Positions 1-12,735 are shown, counted from the first letter of the stretch. The stretch: 64,000 bases of DNA from Rhodosorus marinus CCMP1338 (GCA_029953675.1 JAMWBK010000011.1:682001-746000), one strand, 5' to 3'. Notes: a model not told the origin generated them from the sequence alone. Made by a program: numbers and translations.

Positions 1-334
1 TCGAGAAAAGAGCCTTGAACTGCTGAACAGGTCAAGAAGCGGCCAAAACAGTAGTAACTAGTCGTATTTCCCACATTATTACCTCTTGAATGATTCCACA
101 AGTAGTAGAGCGAGCTGGCTGCAATAGTCTCTTCTCTATTTGCTTCTCGAGTTGAAGCCGTGAACACCGCAACACTCAAGCCCTTGGGCTAAGCTAGGGC
201 AGAGTCGGCAGTTCTAAAGCGAGCGGGTGTTACAGGACAGAACAAGACAAGTTATCTCCTCGGGTGGATCTGGGAGCTTCGAGTTCCAGAGGGACTTTTT
301 TTTACTGTTCACTTTCCGGGCATTAGCGGCCAGG

Positions 335-1471
335 TCAGTTGTCCAACCGTAGGAAGTTGATGATCGACTCGCAGTGCGCGTCGACCCAAATATCAACGCC
401 GCCGAGTCTGCATCCCCACTTCTCGATCATGATCCGGGAGCACACAGCCACGCCGGCCTCCGTGAAGTCCTTGACGAAGTGGCTCAGGTTTCCCCACCAG
501 CGGCTGGACGGGTCCATAACGTCGAAGAACGCTGGCAATGGAGTTGACGACGACACCGCCAGCCCTTCTGCGGAAGCGGCGAGGAGGTCTTCCAAGTAGG
601 CTTTAGCGGCCAAGACGTCCTGGTAAGTACCTACGTGAGTGAAGTGACCGCCGATGTACACCTCAATGTCCAGTGCTAGGATCCTCGAGTGAAGCTCGAT
701 GTACTCATGAATGTCCGTTACAATCGCCAAGTTGTACGGAGGAGCCCACCTCGGGAAGATGACGTCAACAAGGTAGGCGACTCCGACGCCTCCGGACGTT
801 TTGGGGATGTGGATGATCAGATCCGACGGTGTATGTCCTCCGCACTGGGGCTTGATGATCACTTTCAGGTTTCTCCTCAGCTTCAGGACCTTCTTCTTGT
901 CGAAAAGAACGGTGGGCAACGGAAAACCGGGGCGATCGCCGTTGATAAGAGGTTTAAGGATCGCCGAGTGGGCGAGGATCTTAATCTGGGCCTTCGGGTA
1001 GGCCGTCTCCAAGTAACTGTAGATGAACGGTACGGCTCCGATGTGATCGTAGTGCTGGTGGCTGTATATTATCTTGATCCTCTTGAACTTCGTGTCTCCA
1101 GCGATCTCCTTGATGGCGTCGGTCAGCGTGGTTCCGATCGGGACGCCATTTGCATCGCGGATGAGGAAGTTGCCCTCCGGACCGTCCACAACTATCAGCT
1201 GCGAGGACGTCTTGACTATCATCATGAAGTACTGCGACTCGCCAACGGAATACACGCCCTTCCTATACTCAGTGAGGTTGTACCCCTTGGCGTCGACCGT
1301 CACAGGGGGCAGTAGATTGTCCGGCAATGGCAGGCCCTGGCACTTCTTGCCCTTGTCGATCCTCTTTAGACATTTCGCGAGCTCGTCCTCACAAACAAAG
1401 CCAGCTGCAAGTGCAGCCAAGAGCAAACTCACAATGATCACCAATGAGCGTGTCATCTTGAACGCCGACAT
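335..1471 (-). CDS. Secreted metallo-beta-lactamase-fold hydrolase, single exon
   Basis: ORF with HQHYDH (HxHxDH) motif, later GGHT, VDVI and GGHF metal-ligand motifs. Hydrophobic signal peptide MTRSLVIIVSLLLAALAAG. ATG at 1471 or 1456 (ORF track start at 1525 is GTG). Confidence 0.85.
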   Translation of the reverse strand: MSAFKMTRSLVIIVSLLLAALAAGFVCEDELAKCLKRIDKGKKCQGLPLPDNLLPPVTVDAKGYNLTEYRKGVYSVGESQYFMMIVKTSSQLIVVDGPEGNFLIRDANGVPIGTTLTDAIKEIAGDTKFKRIKIIYSHQHYDHIGAVPFIYSYLETAYPKAQIKILAHSAILKPLINGDRPGFPLPTVLFDKKKVLKLRRNLKVIIKPQCGGHTPSDLIIHIPKTSGGVGVAYLVDVIFPRWAPPYNLAIVTDIHEYIELHSRILALDIEVYIGGHFTHVGTYQDVLAAKAYLEDLLAASAEGLAVSSSTPLPAFFDVMDPSSRWWGNLSHFVKDFTEAGVAVCSRIMIEKWGCRLGGVDIWVDAHCESIINFLRLDN

Positions 1472-3249
1472 AGAACTTTGACTCCCCCGCCGACTACCAG
1501 ATAATTGCTGAGGCTGATCGAGCACATTTTATAGACTGCCTCGGGAGCCTAAGCACAGAAACAAAGGTCAGCGTCGAGCTTCCCTCGGGCTCTTGGACAG
1601 CAATCTATCCCCACGCTCTTAGGTGACACTCGACCGAACCTTCGGTGCATAGACAAACCATGTGATAAAGATCCATCTGCTTCTACTTGGTTCAAGTCTA
1701 CAGTCAACTCAATCGACCGCCAACCCCCTCCGCTCTACCAGCTAACGAATTCAAGACGCGCTTAGTTCTTGGTATAGAAGGGTCTAACCATCGATTCAAA
1801 GACTGAGTGACATTCTCTCATCATCCCCAACCCCTATCGATCCGAATGTGAGTTAGCTTACCTCCAAATTCGTCAACTACTGTCCAACTTAGTTTATTGA
1901 AATTTAAAACTGATCTACTTAATAAAACTAAACTATTGTAAAATAAATTTCAATATATCTTTTTTTCTTAACCAATATTGTATCCAACAATCCTATCTAA
2001 ATATAAAATCAAAGCAATAGACTAATAATGTTTGTTTTTCACAATTATTTTGGGCTTTTGCCATCGCTGTCCAAGTTGGCGTTCACTATGCATTCTCTTC
2101 CCCCCCCTCGTCAGAATACCTACAGAGGAAATATGGAGATTTATGGTATAAATATCACCCATTGGATTAGTTTTTAACCCCCTCTTAAAAAAGTTTGGCA
2201 AAATGCTGGTCCGGAGAGCGGCGAGCCAAAATAGGAATAACGTAAATTATTAAATGTATATAAAAATAAAAGAATGTATTATCACAATATTTGAAGTGCT
2301 CGCTATAGTTCATTCAGAAACATAGATTGGATCGATCAAAAATGTATATGCAGAACAATATCCGCCTCATCATTTTTGTAGTTTTTAAAGGACACCTGTC
2401 ATAGACGAGAAAAAAAAGTTCGATCTACCCGTATCTCTTTATGCTTCGAAAGAGACATCTGTGTATTGGAAATAAATAGGGTGCAAACAGAGTTTATGAG
2501 GGTTTGAGTCCCCCCCTTGCGCAGCTTTCCATAATTTTCTGTAAGTATTGGTAGTTTGGCATTCTCCGGAGAGCGGGGTGGGGCGACTGAGCTTTGTAAG
2601 GAGAAGGATTGGAACCGGGGGAGAACAATCTTTTGTCCAGGAGAGGATCCGATAGAGACTTTCAGGGTGTGGTTTACATGCAAATTTCGATGTATGAGTA
2701 ATCACACCGGGTGGTAGCGTAGCTGCTTGCCATTATAAAACATGGGCGGGCGGGGACGAACGAGGATTGGTTTCTGCACTATTGCTGGGGTTATATGTTA
2801 GGCTGGGAATTTTGAGGGTTTCTGAGCCAGAATCAAGGAAATCCACATGCGCCAGGCCTTGATCTCCGGAATTCGAACCCTTCCTTTCCTTCTTTGCTTT
2901 TCATACCTCGAGATACTCGCTTGCAATCCACACGTTGTACGTCGCCAGGTTTTGGAAGGCTCAATCCCGTTCTCCGTAAGTTGAGCAGTAGAAGTACTAA
3001 TATTCCAAAACCGTGACTTGCTTCCAAGAGCTTCCCAAACCGTCCGAACATTCTCACTGGGCTATCCTACATGAGGGAAACATCTTGGATGATGGAAAGT
3101 TGAAGAAGAGCTTGCTTCCAGAGCGTTCTCTGGGTGCATTCAAGTGCAATCGTAGGCCTTGTAGAGACAACGCGAATAAAACCCAAAGCCGCGAGGCTCT
3201 GGAGTCTTCTATTTTCAATCCCCAAGCAACAGACTGGCGTAGATCATTC

Positions 3250-4137
3250 TGGGGTTGAAGAGAGAGGGTATGGGGTCTCGCCCAAATGCTAGCTCACGCC
3301 CAGCGAACATTTCCAGAAGCGACTGGGAGTCCTAAAGCTTTTCAAGAGACATTCTACATTGTCGACGATCCGTGAACCAGAGGATGAACGTTAAAGATAA
3401 TATAGTTCCAGTCGATTTCCCTTTATGGGTGCACAGCAAGTGTGGCAAGTCGCACTTCATATCTTAGTACACCGTCCACGGTCCGTACCGCGAGAACTGC
3501 ATTTTGGTATTGTACGGTTCAGGTGCGCGTTCGTCCGGCAGCATTCTTGGCGCGTGTCCGTGGTCCAAATAGAAAAAAACAGATTCGTCATATGAAAGGC
3601 TCGTCGTCCTGCTGTCAGAAGGACGGGTACTGGTCAGGAATCATTTCAAGCCTTGACTACTTTGAAGTGGCTCTCTCACCTGCTCTAATTTTTCCTTGAA
3701 GAGTGAAAAGTAAGGGTGCCACATTGAACGCGCTCAGCCACTAAAACCGTTCCAACAGTGCCTCGAATACTTAGCTTACTTTATCTTTCATAAGTATGTC
3801 CATTGGTAAGCGAGTTGGCTCCTTTACCCGCCTTTGCTTTCGGAAGAAACTTTCACCCGCTTAAGACCGAAACATGAACGCCCACATCCATTCGGTAATC
3901 TCCCCATACGGTCTTCTGTCGATGCTTAGCAAACGTTCTCGCTGTATCCGACCTGCAGTTGAAAGTGTCCTCAGCTAAGCTTTTCCTCTCAGATGTAGGC
4001 CTAAATCTGACCATCCTCGGTAGTACAGGACATCGTGGGTAGATCATTGGGTCCAGGAGGATCTCAATCTGGGATTCAACCAATCTCTCAAAGCTGTTGT
4101 GAGCAAGTGAGCCTCGCCGTCCACTTGTGAACCTCAC
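3250..4137 (-). pseudogene. Possible decayed copy of the zinc-finger-family N-terminal domain
   Basis: Stop- and frameshift-broken translation contains KSTGTILSLTF..DRRQCRM (3350-3420) resembling RKTGKVLEQSTFELQRTCSFC of the 34663 gene, and DGVLRYEV resembling AGGLRYAQV. By-eye match only. Confidence 0.3.
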
Positions 4138-4245
4138 GCCCGAGCTAGATAATACTCCTAATCGCGCTTATCATAAGCTATGCTCGGTATCCGAACCAGG
4201 TGGACCTGTACATTTCTAGGACGCGATATTTTGCCCGTTTCGAAT

Positions 4246-5318
4246 TCATCCAACGCTTTTAGACTTCCTCTTCACAGATTTTTTTGCTGTTTCAGGCTCA
4301 TCCACGAATTCCGACTTTCTCCGCTTCGTCCTCACCGCTTTCGCATCCGCGTCAGCCCTCAGTTCAGCCAATGGGTCGCCGAAACCTGCTGCGTTTGATG
4401 AAGAAAGGAGGGGATCGTCGTCGTCGTCCTTCCTTTTGCTCGGCCTAGATGCTCCGAGAAGAGAAGACTTGCGTTTCTTCCGGGCTGCTTTTTAGATGTA
4501 CGAATCAGACGTCGCCCAGTCTTAGAACTGTACAATCCAGATTGAGTTTTGAGTGTGGAATCAATACCTTGAGATACCTCCGGAACGTTAGCAGAACCCA
4601 GAATCTGACACTCCTTGCTGAGCAGGGACCCCTTAATCTGAAAGAGTCCGCTCTTGGTGTGGGCCATACCGAGGTTGATAAACCTGATCGCAGTCCCAAT
4701 AGTGATCGACGTGCCGGGTGGAATGTTCCACGGACTAGATATTTCACATGGTTCGATCGCCTTCCAGTATCCGCCCAAGCTCCCATCATCGGAATCGTTT
4801 CCATAGACGAACACCTGCGGCGCTTCCTTCCGAGAGATCACGGAGTAAAACGTGCTGTAGACCTTCAAACCTATGAATTCTTCACTCTGTAGGCAAGAAT
4901 AAATTTCGGAGAACTCTTAGAACCAGGAATACTTCCTCCCCGCACGCGCTAGGGGAGAATAAATTTCGGAGAACTCTTAGAACCAGGAATACTTCCTCCC
5001 CGCACGCGCTAGGGGAGACAGTGAGCGCTATCTTACCACGAACGTTACTACGCCAGTCAAGCCCTCCCCCTTGACGGGCGAGAACACGAGCAGGTCCGAC
5101 TTGGCCACAACATGTAGATACGGAGATATTCCATCCACAAAAGCATTCTCAGAGGCCAGCTCAACATTCCTATACGCCACCACCACCCCCCGCGCTGGTG
5201 CACAGTACCTTAACACCAGCCCGCTCAAGTAGGCCTCATCCAAATACGATCCAGCCCGCATCGTCTCCGTCGACGGAAGCGAAAATCGAACCTTGACCTT
5301 CACGTCCTTCCAAGACAT
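4246..5318 (-). CDS. RPA43: RNA polymerase I subunit A43 (Rpb7-like); exons 5318-5037, 4886-4568, 4484-4246
   Basis: LVLRYCAPARGVVVAYRNV and DLLVFSPVKGEGLTGVV, joined across a GT-AG intron to SEEFIGLKVYSTFYSVI. A second intron (4567-4485) restores frame to a Lys/Asp-rich tail (KRKDDDDD...KKSVKRKSKSVG). Confidence 0.8.
4896..5018. repeat. Perfect 60-bp tandem duplication inside RPA43 intron 1
   Basis: agaataaatttcggagaactcttagaaccaggaatacttcctccccgcacgcgctagggg at 4896-4955 and 4956-5015, plus 3 nt. Confidence 0.97.
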
Positions 5319-5515
5319 ATCTGTCGAGAACAAAAAAATTCTCTGTCCCACAACAGCATCCCCCCAAACACGCAAAACCCTTATTCGCTCACCCCCAAAT
5401 GATGCAAGGAGCTGGATAGCCAAACCAACTTTTCCCAAAGATCATCGCAGGACGCAGCGCCTGCATAAAGAGCTTGACATCGCACCGTTCCAAAGCCGAA
5501 AGAAAGCCAGAAGCT

Positions 5516-5544
5516 CTACAGAGGTCAGACTACAGAGGTCAGAC
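5516..5544. repeat. 14-bp tandem duplication upstream of RPA43
   Basis: ctacagaggtcaga twice. Confidence 0.9.
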
Positions 5545-6001
5545 CTCTTGCAATCCTACTTCGATCGGATTAGGACCGGTCACCGCGGGTCGGGCTCCAA
5601 ATATCCCTCTCGGCGGTTGAAGCCTTGTGACTGACCTCGGGTGACCCTCCAACGGTTTCTCGTTTTATCAAAGTCCGCCGCAGAGGAATAACACGTTTCT
5701 GTAGTTCTAAATCCTACCTAAACCCCCCACCTCTCCCCTATCCTCAAACATCGGCCGTCCTCGCTGCTCAGGGTTTCTTGCCACCGGCCCACTGCTCACA
5801 GACCATGCGCCTTTCTCCCGGCGGGGGGGGGGGGTAGGGGGGGTGAAGAAGCTGAACAATGCCAACCGTGGCCCGCTACAGTCAGCTCTAAGATCGTAGC
5901 TCATATATTCTGCTCAAGGTTTGTCTTGCCTCTGATTAACATCTCATTCACCTTCCGGCTTGACTGAACATCCGCTACTCCTCGATCTGACTGATCAACA
6001 T

Positions 6002-6092
6002 TGGGACAGTGCCCGTCCCCAAAAAAAATAAGAAGAAAAACTTAAAGACAGGCTGTCTCAAACTTTTCGAATGGGACTGTCCCATTTGTCCC
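6002..6092. repeat. GGGAC/GTCCC motif cluster containing a GACAGGCTGTC palindrome
   Basis: TGGGACAGTGCCCGTCCCC, AGACAGGCTGTCT (6046-6058), ATGGGAC-T-GTCCCAT (6071-6085). Confidence 0.55.
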
Positions 6093-6655
6093 ACTATGGA
6101 CTGATATATCTGCGTGGGTAGGTCGTCGAGTGGAGGAGGCGTTAATGTAACCCGGAGCTATTTACTAGAAATATTTCATAGTGGAGCCTACAAAGAGACA
6201 GTACGAAGTCTCTCGGTGGGTAAACCACCAGAAGTACGTACCCCGTATTGTTTGCTGTGTGCCAACTGGCAGACCAGCAGTGTTTGAGGGTGAAGGTCGG
6301 GCTAGCCAGCTACCGGGGTTCTCATGCTACGTGAGAAACGCATACAACGAAACAGGGACGACAGGATTTTTCAGCTGATTCACTGGCCGGAGCTCCTATC
6401 GCAAGTTTCTGCGTTCCCTTTTACCAATGTCCCCGTCCCACTCTGGACGTATCTGATCGCTTGAGTGGGAATGGGGTGGTGCGGACTCCTGTCGGATGGG
6501 GTGAGGATGAGGAAGGCAGACCCTAGTTTGGTTTTGGAGGAATCTCTTGGGACTGGCAAGCGCGTCTTTCTTCCTTTTCTTGTTTTCAGTGTTTCTGTTT
6601 AGAAGGCGGTTTGGCGTGATCATGGAGAGGATTTTTGTCGTTTGATGGGAGAACG

Positions 6656-9600
6656 ATGATGAAGACGTTCCTGAAGAAGGTTGGGGTGAGCTCGTCGCGG
6701 CCGAGGTACGTGGTGGAGGTTTCGGATGGGCTTTTGGTTGGCGTCTACCACGAGAAGCATTTCGAGGAGGATTTGAGACGGGCGTTGGATAAGAGAAAAA
6801 AGGATAAGGTCGAGCAGAAGGTTCTTCTGATTGATGCTGGCAGGAATCCGTGGATGATGGAGATGTTTGCTGGAGAGATTGAGTGTGTTCCGTGTCATCT
6901 TGGGCCATTTCACACGATGCCGTCACTTCACTCGCTTTTTGAGGTCGTCGGGGACATATACAATTGGTTTCATATGAGCACCACCGCCCACGACCGGCGA
7001 GTAGCAGTGATCGTCGCTTCCTCGTCCGGATCAAATCTCAAACCCCTCGTTCCAGTCGCGCTGCTGGCCGTCTGCTATCTGGACTACATGGACCTCTACG
7101 AGAGCCCTGCAAAGGCCATTGAACACTTTCGGAGGAAGATCTCTGACCACGACCTCATCAATAGGGACCAGCTGAAGAGCAAAATCGAGGTTACAAACGC
7201 GCTGTACTATATCAACGCGTTCCACGGCATCAGTGGATCCGGTACCATCACAAACGACATGCCCCTTCTTCTAGCAAAGATCTGCGTTGTGGGCGGAATC
7301 ACACTCCCCGGCCCGCAGCGATGGAACCCGATGCTAACTTTGTACACTTACTCCGTATCCGATGAAAACCCAGAAAAGTTTCATAGGTAAGGTCGAGCAG
7401 CCATTCGCCTCAGAATCGCCAAACTTACCCGTGTCCCTCATCAGGGTTATTCTCGGAGGTCCGGGCGACGAGGAGCACTCCACCGTTACGGAAACATTCT
7501 GCGTTTTCAACCTCAAAGAGATGATTTACGGAGATTTTCTGTTAAACTTTGAGCATTGGATCCCTCTCATCAACCAGACCCAGCCGCTGTTCTCCGTCGC
7601 AAGACATTCGGCGCTGCTGACTCCTCCCGAGCACGTCGTTGAGATCAGATCCCTCGAAATTGCTCCAGGCCAGGCCAAAGGACTGCAGTTTGATGGCAAC
7701 TTTAGAATCGAGCTGTACTTCGAGGAGATGAATATGGAAAGCGGTAAGGGGTTTCCTTCGTTGTTCACATGCCTTCTTGGATACGGCGACCCAAAGTCAT
7801 ATCAACCTTGTAACGCAATCGCGAAGTGGACTGACAGGTCGTTCTGACGCAATTGGAAAACGTAGAGGACGCAACCGATGACGAGCTGCTGGTTATGGAC
7901 CGGGTGGACTGTTACCTCGAGGCGATCGAGGAAATAGCCCCGCAAAGCAGACGCGCGGCACGGCGCCGAGTGGAGGAGGCGGCGCGGAGAAGAAATGCCA
8001 TACAAACCGCGCTGCCCACCGGCAACGAGAAAAGTATCGGGCTCGGTCTGCATCAGGGATACCCGGTCACGGAGCTGTCGGACGCGCTCGACGCTCTTCC
8101 GCCAGAGGAGATGGACAACTTTCTACACGCATTCAAAACTTTTCAAAAAACTACCGTGGTAAGGTCTCGAGAGTTCTGTGACACCGTAGATCCTTGTTCA
8201 TGTGCTAACGGGTGGACTGTGTGAGCTCCATTGCATCAGGGACGAGACAGAACCGACGACGTGGCTCAGCTGTTGGCCGAGTCTGGCTTCACAATCGACG
8301 AGAACAACGAGTTGATGATCGACACCGAGCTCGAGGAGGGTATGATGGTTAGCATGCATGATCTGGGATTCGATACTGGGAGCGAGGAGCCTGGCTCTGC
8401 AAAGAAGAAGTCGCGTTCCGGAAAGCGGGTGTCGTCGGCGGCTGGCGCTGACGGGAGTGGATTCGTAGAGGAGTCTGGAGAGAGTGAAGCGAGCGGAGGG
8501 GACGGTGATTCAGAATACGAATCCGACAGCGCGGATTCCAACTCTCCTAACGGAAACACTGGCCGCGACAGCGCAGTTGAGCAGGAGAGGTTGATAGAGG
8601 AATTCATTTCGGCCAAGCTAATGACAGTTCAAACGGAACGGAACATCAGCCTGTCTGATCCCTCCACATCGTGGCTGGATGTCGCCGATATTGTCCATAC
8701 AGAGCTGCTCGCTGATGTGAACAAGGCCATGGTTGAAATCTACTCGACGCAGTACCGCAAACCCGTCGCGCTGTCAAGAAAGCTTCGCGAGCTGCACAAG
8801 CAGATGCTGGCCGAAGAAGCCATGGCAAACCCGGCCACCGAGCTGGATGTTGCGGACCTGGATCTTCCAGGGGCTCCTGCCCCAAGCATCCCGGACGCGC
8901 CATCAGTGTTGGTAGACGAATGGAGCCTCGATTTGCCAGAGATAGCACCGATAAAGCGTCGCGTGTCAAACAAAAAATCTCGTTCGAAGGCGAAGGCGTC
9001 CGGCTCCACACAGTTTCAATTGCGTCGGAGCATTCACGGGAGCAAAGCACAGAAGAAGGAACTTCGGCCGCTCCACTGGAACAAGATTTCGGACAAGGTC
9101 GTGGACAAGACGGCGTTTGCAATGGCAGCCCCGCAGGTGGACCTCTTTGAGCAGCTCATGGAGGGAACAGATGAGATCGACAACCTGTTCGCGAGCAGTG
9201 CGCGGCCAACCTCCGACCCGATGATCCACAAGGTCAGGTCTGCGGGAGTGCTGGAAACCAAGAGGCAGATGAACTTTGAGATCATGCTCAGCATGTTCCC
9301 GGACGAGCTACAGAGCATCTTCGATGCGATCGAAAATCTCGATCCGTTCAAGAAGGTATGCACAACTGGAAACAACCTCCCCTAGGTGAGCTGCGACCCT
9401 GGCGTTGGTTTTCTGCCCTCTCAAACTGCTCTTGCCGTTTGCCATTTGGTCACGACTTTCGACAGAGACTGTCCGACGATCAGGTCCAAATTCTGGACAA
9501 CCAGCCCCTGTCAAACGAGGAAACGAAGCTCGCCTTCCAGTATTCCGGAGGAGACGAGGAGTTTAAGGAGCTGTCGCATGGAGAACAGTTTGCGATTCTC

Positions 9601-10456
9601 GTAGCGAGGAACTCGGGTTTCCCCATGATGGTCAAGGCGACAGCAGTGCTGAGGTCGTACAGGGAAACAGTTAAGGAGTTGGAGGAGGATGCTCGGGTTC
9701 TGAGGAGGGCAGTCAGGGAAGTCAAATCTAGCGAAAGCTTTAGGTCTTTTATCGCAGGTAAGCGGAGTGCAATTTACGATGCATTGGCCTTTAGTCTTGT
9801 GCTAACTGAGAGTGGAACGCCCATGATGTTCTTTCCTCTGCGCTGCAGTGGTGTTATCTGTGGGCAATTTTCTAAACGAAGGCACGCGTAAAGGCGATGC
9901 GCAAGGGTTTCGGCTGGAAGCCCTACCGAAGCTGGCTGATGTCCGGTCCAAAGACAAGAACTTGTCCCTGTTGCACTACGTCATCCAAGTTGCAAAGCAG
10001 AAGGACGCCGTTGCGATCGATTTCGTCCGGGAGTTTGTCAACCTGAAGCCGGCGATGAGGAAGTCGAAAGATGACCTTGGTGGGGCAGCCAATATCCTTG
10101 AAAAGGACATAGAAACGACTCGTAAGGTTGTTGTACAGATACTGTCGCATGCTGGTCAAAGCTTGGACTCACTTGAGGCTCGAGCTCCGACAACAAAAGA
10201 CCCAGAACCAACCGCGACTGGGCTCCTATTTATAAATGCCGAGTCGACGTCGGCAAAAGCCTCGGGCGCGGTGAAGGATGCTATCGCTGACTTTGAGGAC
10301 CTCGCCGGTTTCCTGGGGGAGAACTCGAAGCGTACCAAGGTCGAGGACATGTTCGGTGTGCTTCTGTCCTTCTGCAAGCTCGTGGAGAGGTGCAACGGTG
10401 AGCTGGAAGAGCGAAGCGCGGCGTCGAGTTCGAAGAAGAAAAAATCTCGTTCGTAG
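6656..10456 (+). CDS. Formin with N-terminal PTEN-like/C2 region and C-terminal FH2; exons 6656-7386, 7445-7743, 7866-8158, 8240-9355, 9466-9757, 9849-10456
   Basis: FH2 motifs LRPLHWNKI, VLETKRQMNFEIML, VLSVGNFLNEGTRKGDAQGFRLEALPKLADVRS and LSLLHY. N-terminus resembles PTEN/tensin phosphatase plus C2 (IYGDFLLNF). Five GT-AG introns keep the frame. Confidence 0.85.
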
Positions 10457-11732
10457 GTCTATATTTAATGAAAACAGTAACTATTTTGTCCGTTCAATCT
10501 TTGAAGGGAAACGAGCATTGGATTCCTTCCCCGCCTTGGTTATGGCTTGGTATCTGTAACTGGCCCGTGGTCCATGTTGACATCAGACTGGCGATCGCTT
10601 TCGATTTGGCAGGACTCGGAGCTAGCCCCCCAGTGGACCGGTTTCGCCGTAGATGTGCGGTGCTGAGGGAAGTCTTGTAGCTGGTGGTCGCGGATCATGA
10701 GCTTGCTCTTCATCAGTAGCGATCACGTTGATGAATGTAGGAACTCACCAACGTAAAACATCAAGACTAGTAGTCCGTACCTTCCTTCCCGGCAACGTGA
10801 GCGCTACATCGACTGATGGAGAGCAAGCTCCTGAGTCCCAACCACCAGCTAGCATAGCTTACGCTGGATGAATGCTGTCGAGAGCACAACGGTCTCAAGT
10901 TGCAGGTATCAGAAATGCTCCTCATCACATGATCTGAGCACTTGTCCGTCCGGGCGTACGGCGGGTGGAATCATAGTAGACCTCCTACATAACCGATGTT
11001 CCGTAAATTTTCAGCGAGGCAAATCCCATGTGAGTTTCTAATACGCTGTGGAGTGACCATCCTCAAATCGAGCTCCCGCTTGGAGAGCATCCCAGAAACA
11101 GCTCAATCCCTCCGCACCTATCAATGAACAGGGTTGCGGGGGGTGAGCGTTTCCTCTGACACTTCAGCAAAAATGACTGCACTGGACAATGGACTCTGGG
11201 TGTATCCTCTGGCGCACAGCTAAGCCTGGTGTGCCACTACCACAAGAAAGCTGCCAAGGACGCAAGCCCAGTCTCGGTGCTAATCTGGCAGGTACCTTCC
11301 GAAAACACAAACCAACAAATCGAAGCCATGGCGAGTAATTAGTATCTAATAGTACAACACCGCAAATGTACTAACACACACTCCACATCAGAACAATCAT
11401 TTTTACACCTTAATGACTGAGACGCGTTTCTCCCAGGCTTCAAATTCTATGCAATATTTGACCAGAGCGGTTCTGATCCTGCAAATTTTGCTCTAAATCG
11501 ACAACTAAAACCAAAACTGTTCTACCTTCCACCAGGTGCTGCATGACGAACCCAAACGGAGGTGATGGATAGTCTTGTGCGGCCCCAATCCTTCTGGCAA
11601 AGAAGACCTTGGCGAAGTTCGGTCAACACCTTCGATCCTTGGCGCTGTAGGTGCCACTCGCACTGTCCAAGATATTCAGGCTATCCATCCGGTCTCCGTT
11701 TTCTGCTCTTCGATATCAGTGTAGCAAGGCCC

Positions 11733-12735
11733 CTACGATGATGCCCTTCTACAACGCACTGCTGCTAGGCCGGGCGTCGCCGCTAACGCCGCTGGTCTTT
11801 GGAAGATCCGTAAGTATGACGGAGTCCTCCGGCGCTCGAGCAGGTTTTTCCCGATCGCGCTGGAAGCGTATGGACGGCTGAGCGAGACCACGATGGCCGT
11901 TGTCTGATTCCTCACCCAGCATTTGGATATCAGTTTTTCCCCTATTTCAACAATGGCGTCCCGAACCTGAATCTTAGAAATACAATGAACAAAGTTTTGC
12001 TTTACTTCTTGCACTACAAGCCTCCAATCGGGTAGGCTGATTCCCAGAAAAACTCAAAAGCCAACAGCGATCAACAGAGCCTTTCCACTCACAACTCTCT
12101 CAAGTCCCAAGAGTTCTATTTGTTTACGTTTTTGTAAAGACCATTTTCCCAAAAGTCCTCTTTGCTCTGTTTTTTTGAATATGAGTCAATACCATTTATT
12201 GATGAATTCGATGCCACACTTAAGAGGACAGCCTGTTAGCGGCCATCCACTTGAAACGAAGCAAGTGAAGCTGTCTCCCCGAAAGCTGTGCAAGAGCAAC
12301 TCGTTGTTTGGGATTGGTCTTCCTCCCAGTGACTGTCTTGGCCCGGTGAGGCTCCTGGTCATTCAGTGGCCCTGCACAAAGCGCGCTAAAGGCGAGCTAA
12401 GTGCCGGGCTTTGAGCTGACCTCCACGACATTGGAGACATCAGGATCTGGACGTGCTGTGAAGTTCCAAGACAGCATCCAGACGAGCCGGTTGGAATCGG
12501 CGATGTGGCCTGTACTGTGGGCCAATTGGGCATCAAAACCGTTGAAATCTGCGCTACCAAATACGGCATGCCCCAGGCCAGCTAGCCATATCACCGATTC
12601 CAACCGGCACGTCCAGCTCCTGATACCCCAACCCCAATTACTGATGCTGGGGGTTTGGTTGCACAAGGAGGTGAGGAGCTTGTGGCAGGGCCTCGTGAAA
12701 AAAAAAGCTTTTCCATCTTCATAAACGAATTTCAC
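11733..12735 (-). pseudogene. Possible decayed copy of the zinc-finger-family N-terminal domain
   Basis: QVRDA...ISKCWVRNQTTAIVVSLSR...LLERRRT resembles VVRDA...VVCSWTVVNESLVEIEIGR...GERRT of the 49925 gene. Broken by stops. Confidence 0.3.

Noticed and set aside
689-1315. 208-aa plus-strand ORF
   Set aside because: Antisense shadow of the MBL gene; no motifs.
5820-5845. Long G runs between RPA43 and the formin
   Set aside because: Homopolymer-rich leaders are common across this window, and run lengths are error-prone.
6396-7034. 212-aa minus-strand Pro/Ser-rich ORF
   Set aside because: Antisense to the formin leader and exon 1; composition reflects G/T skew.
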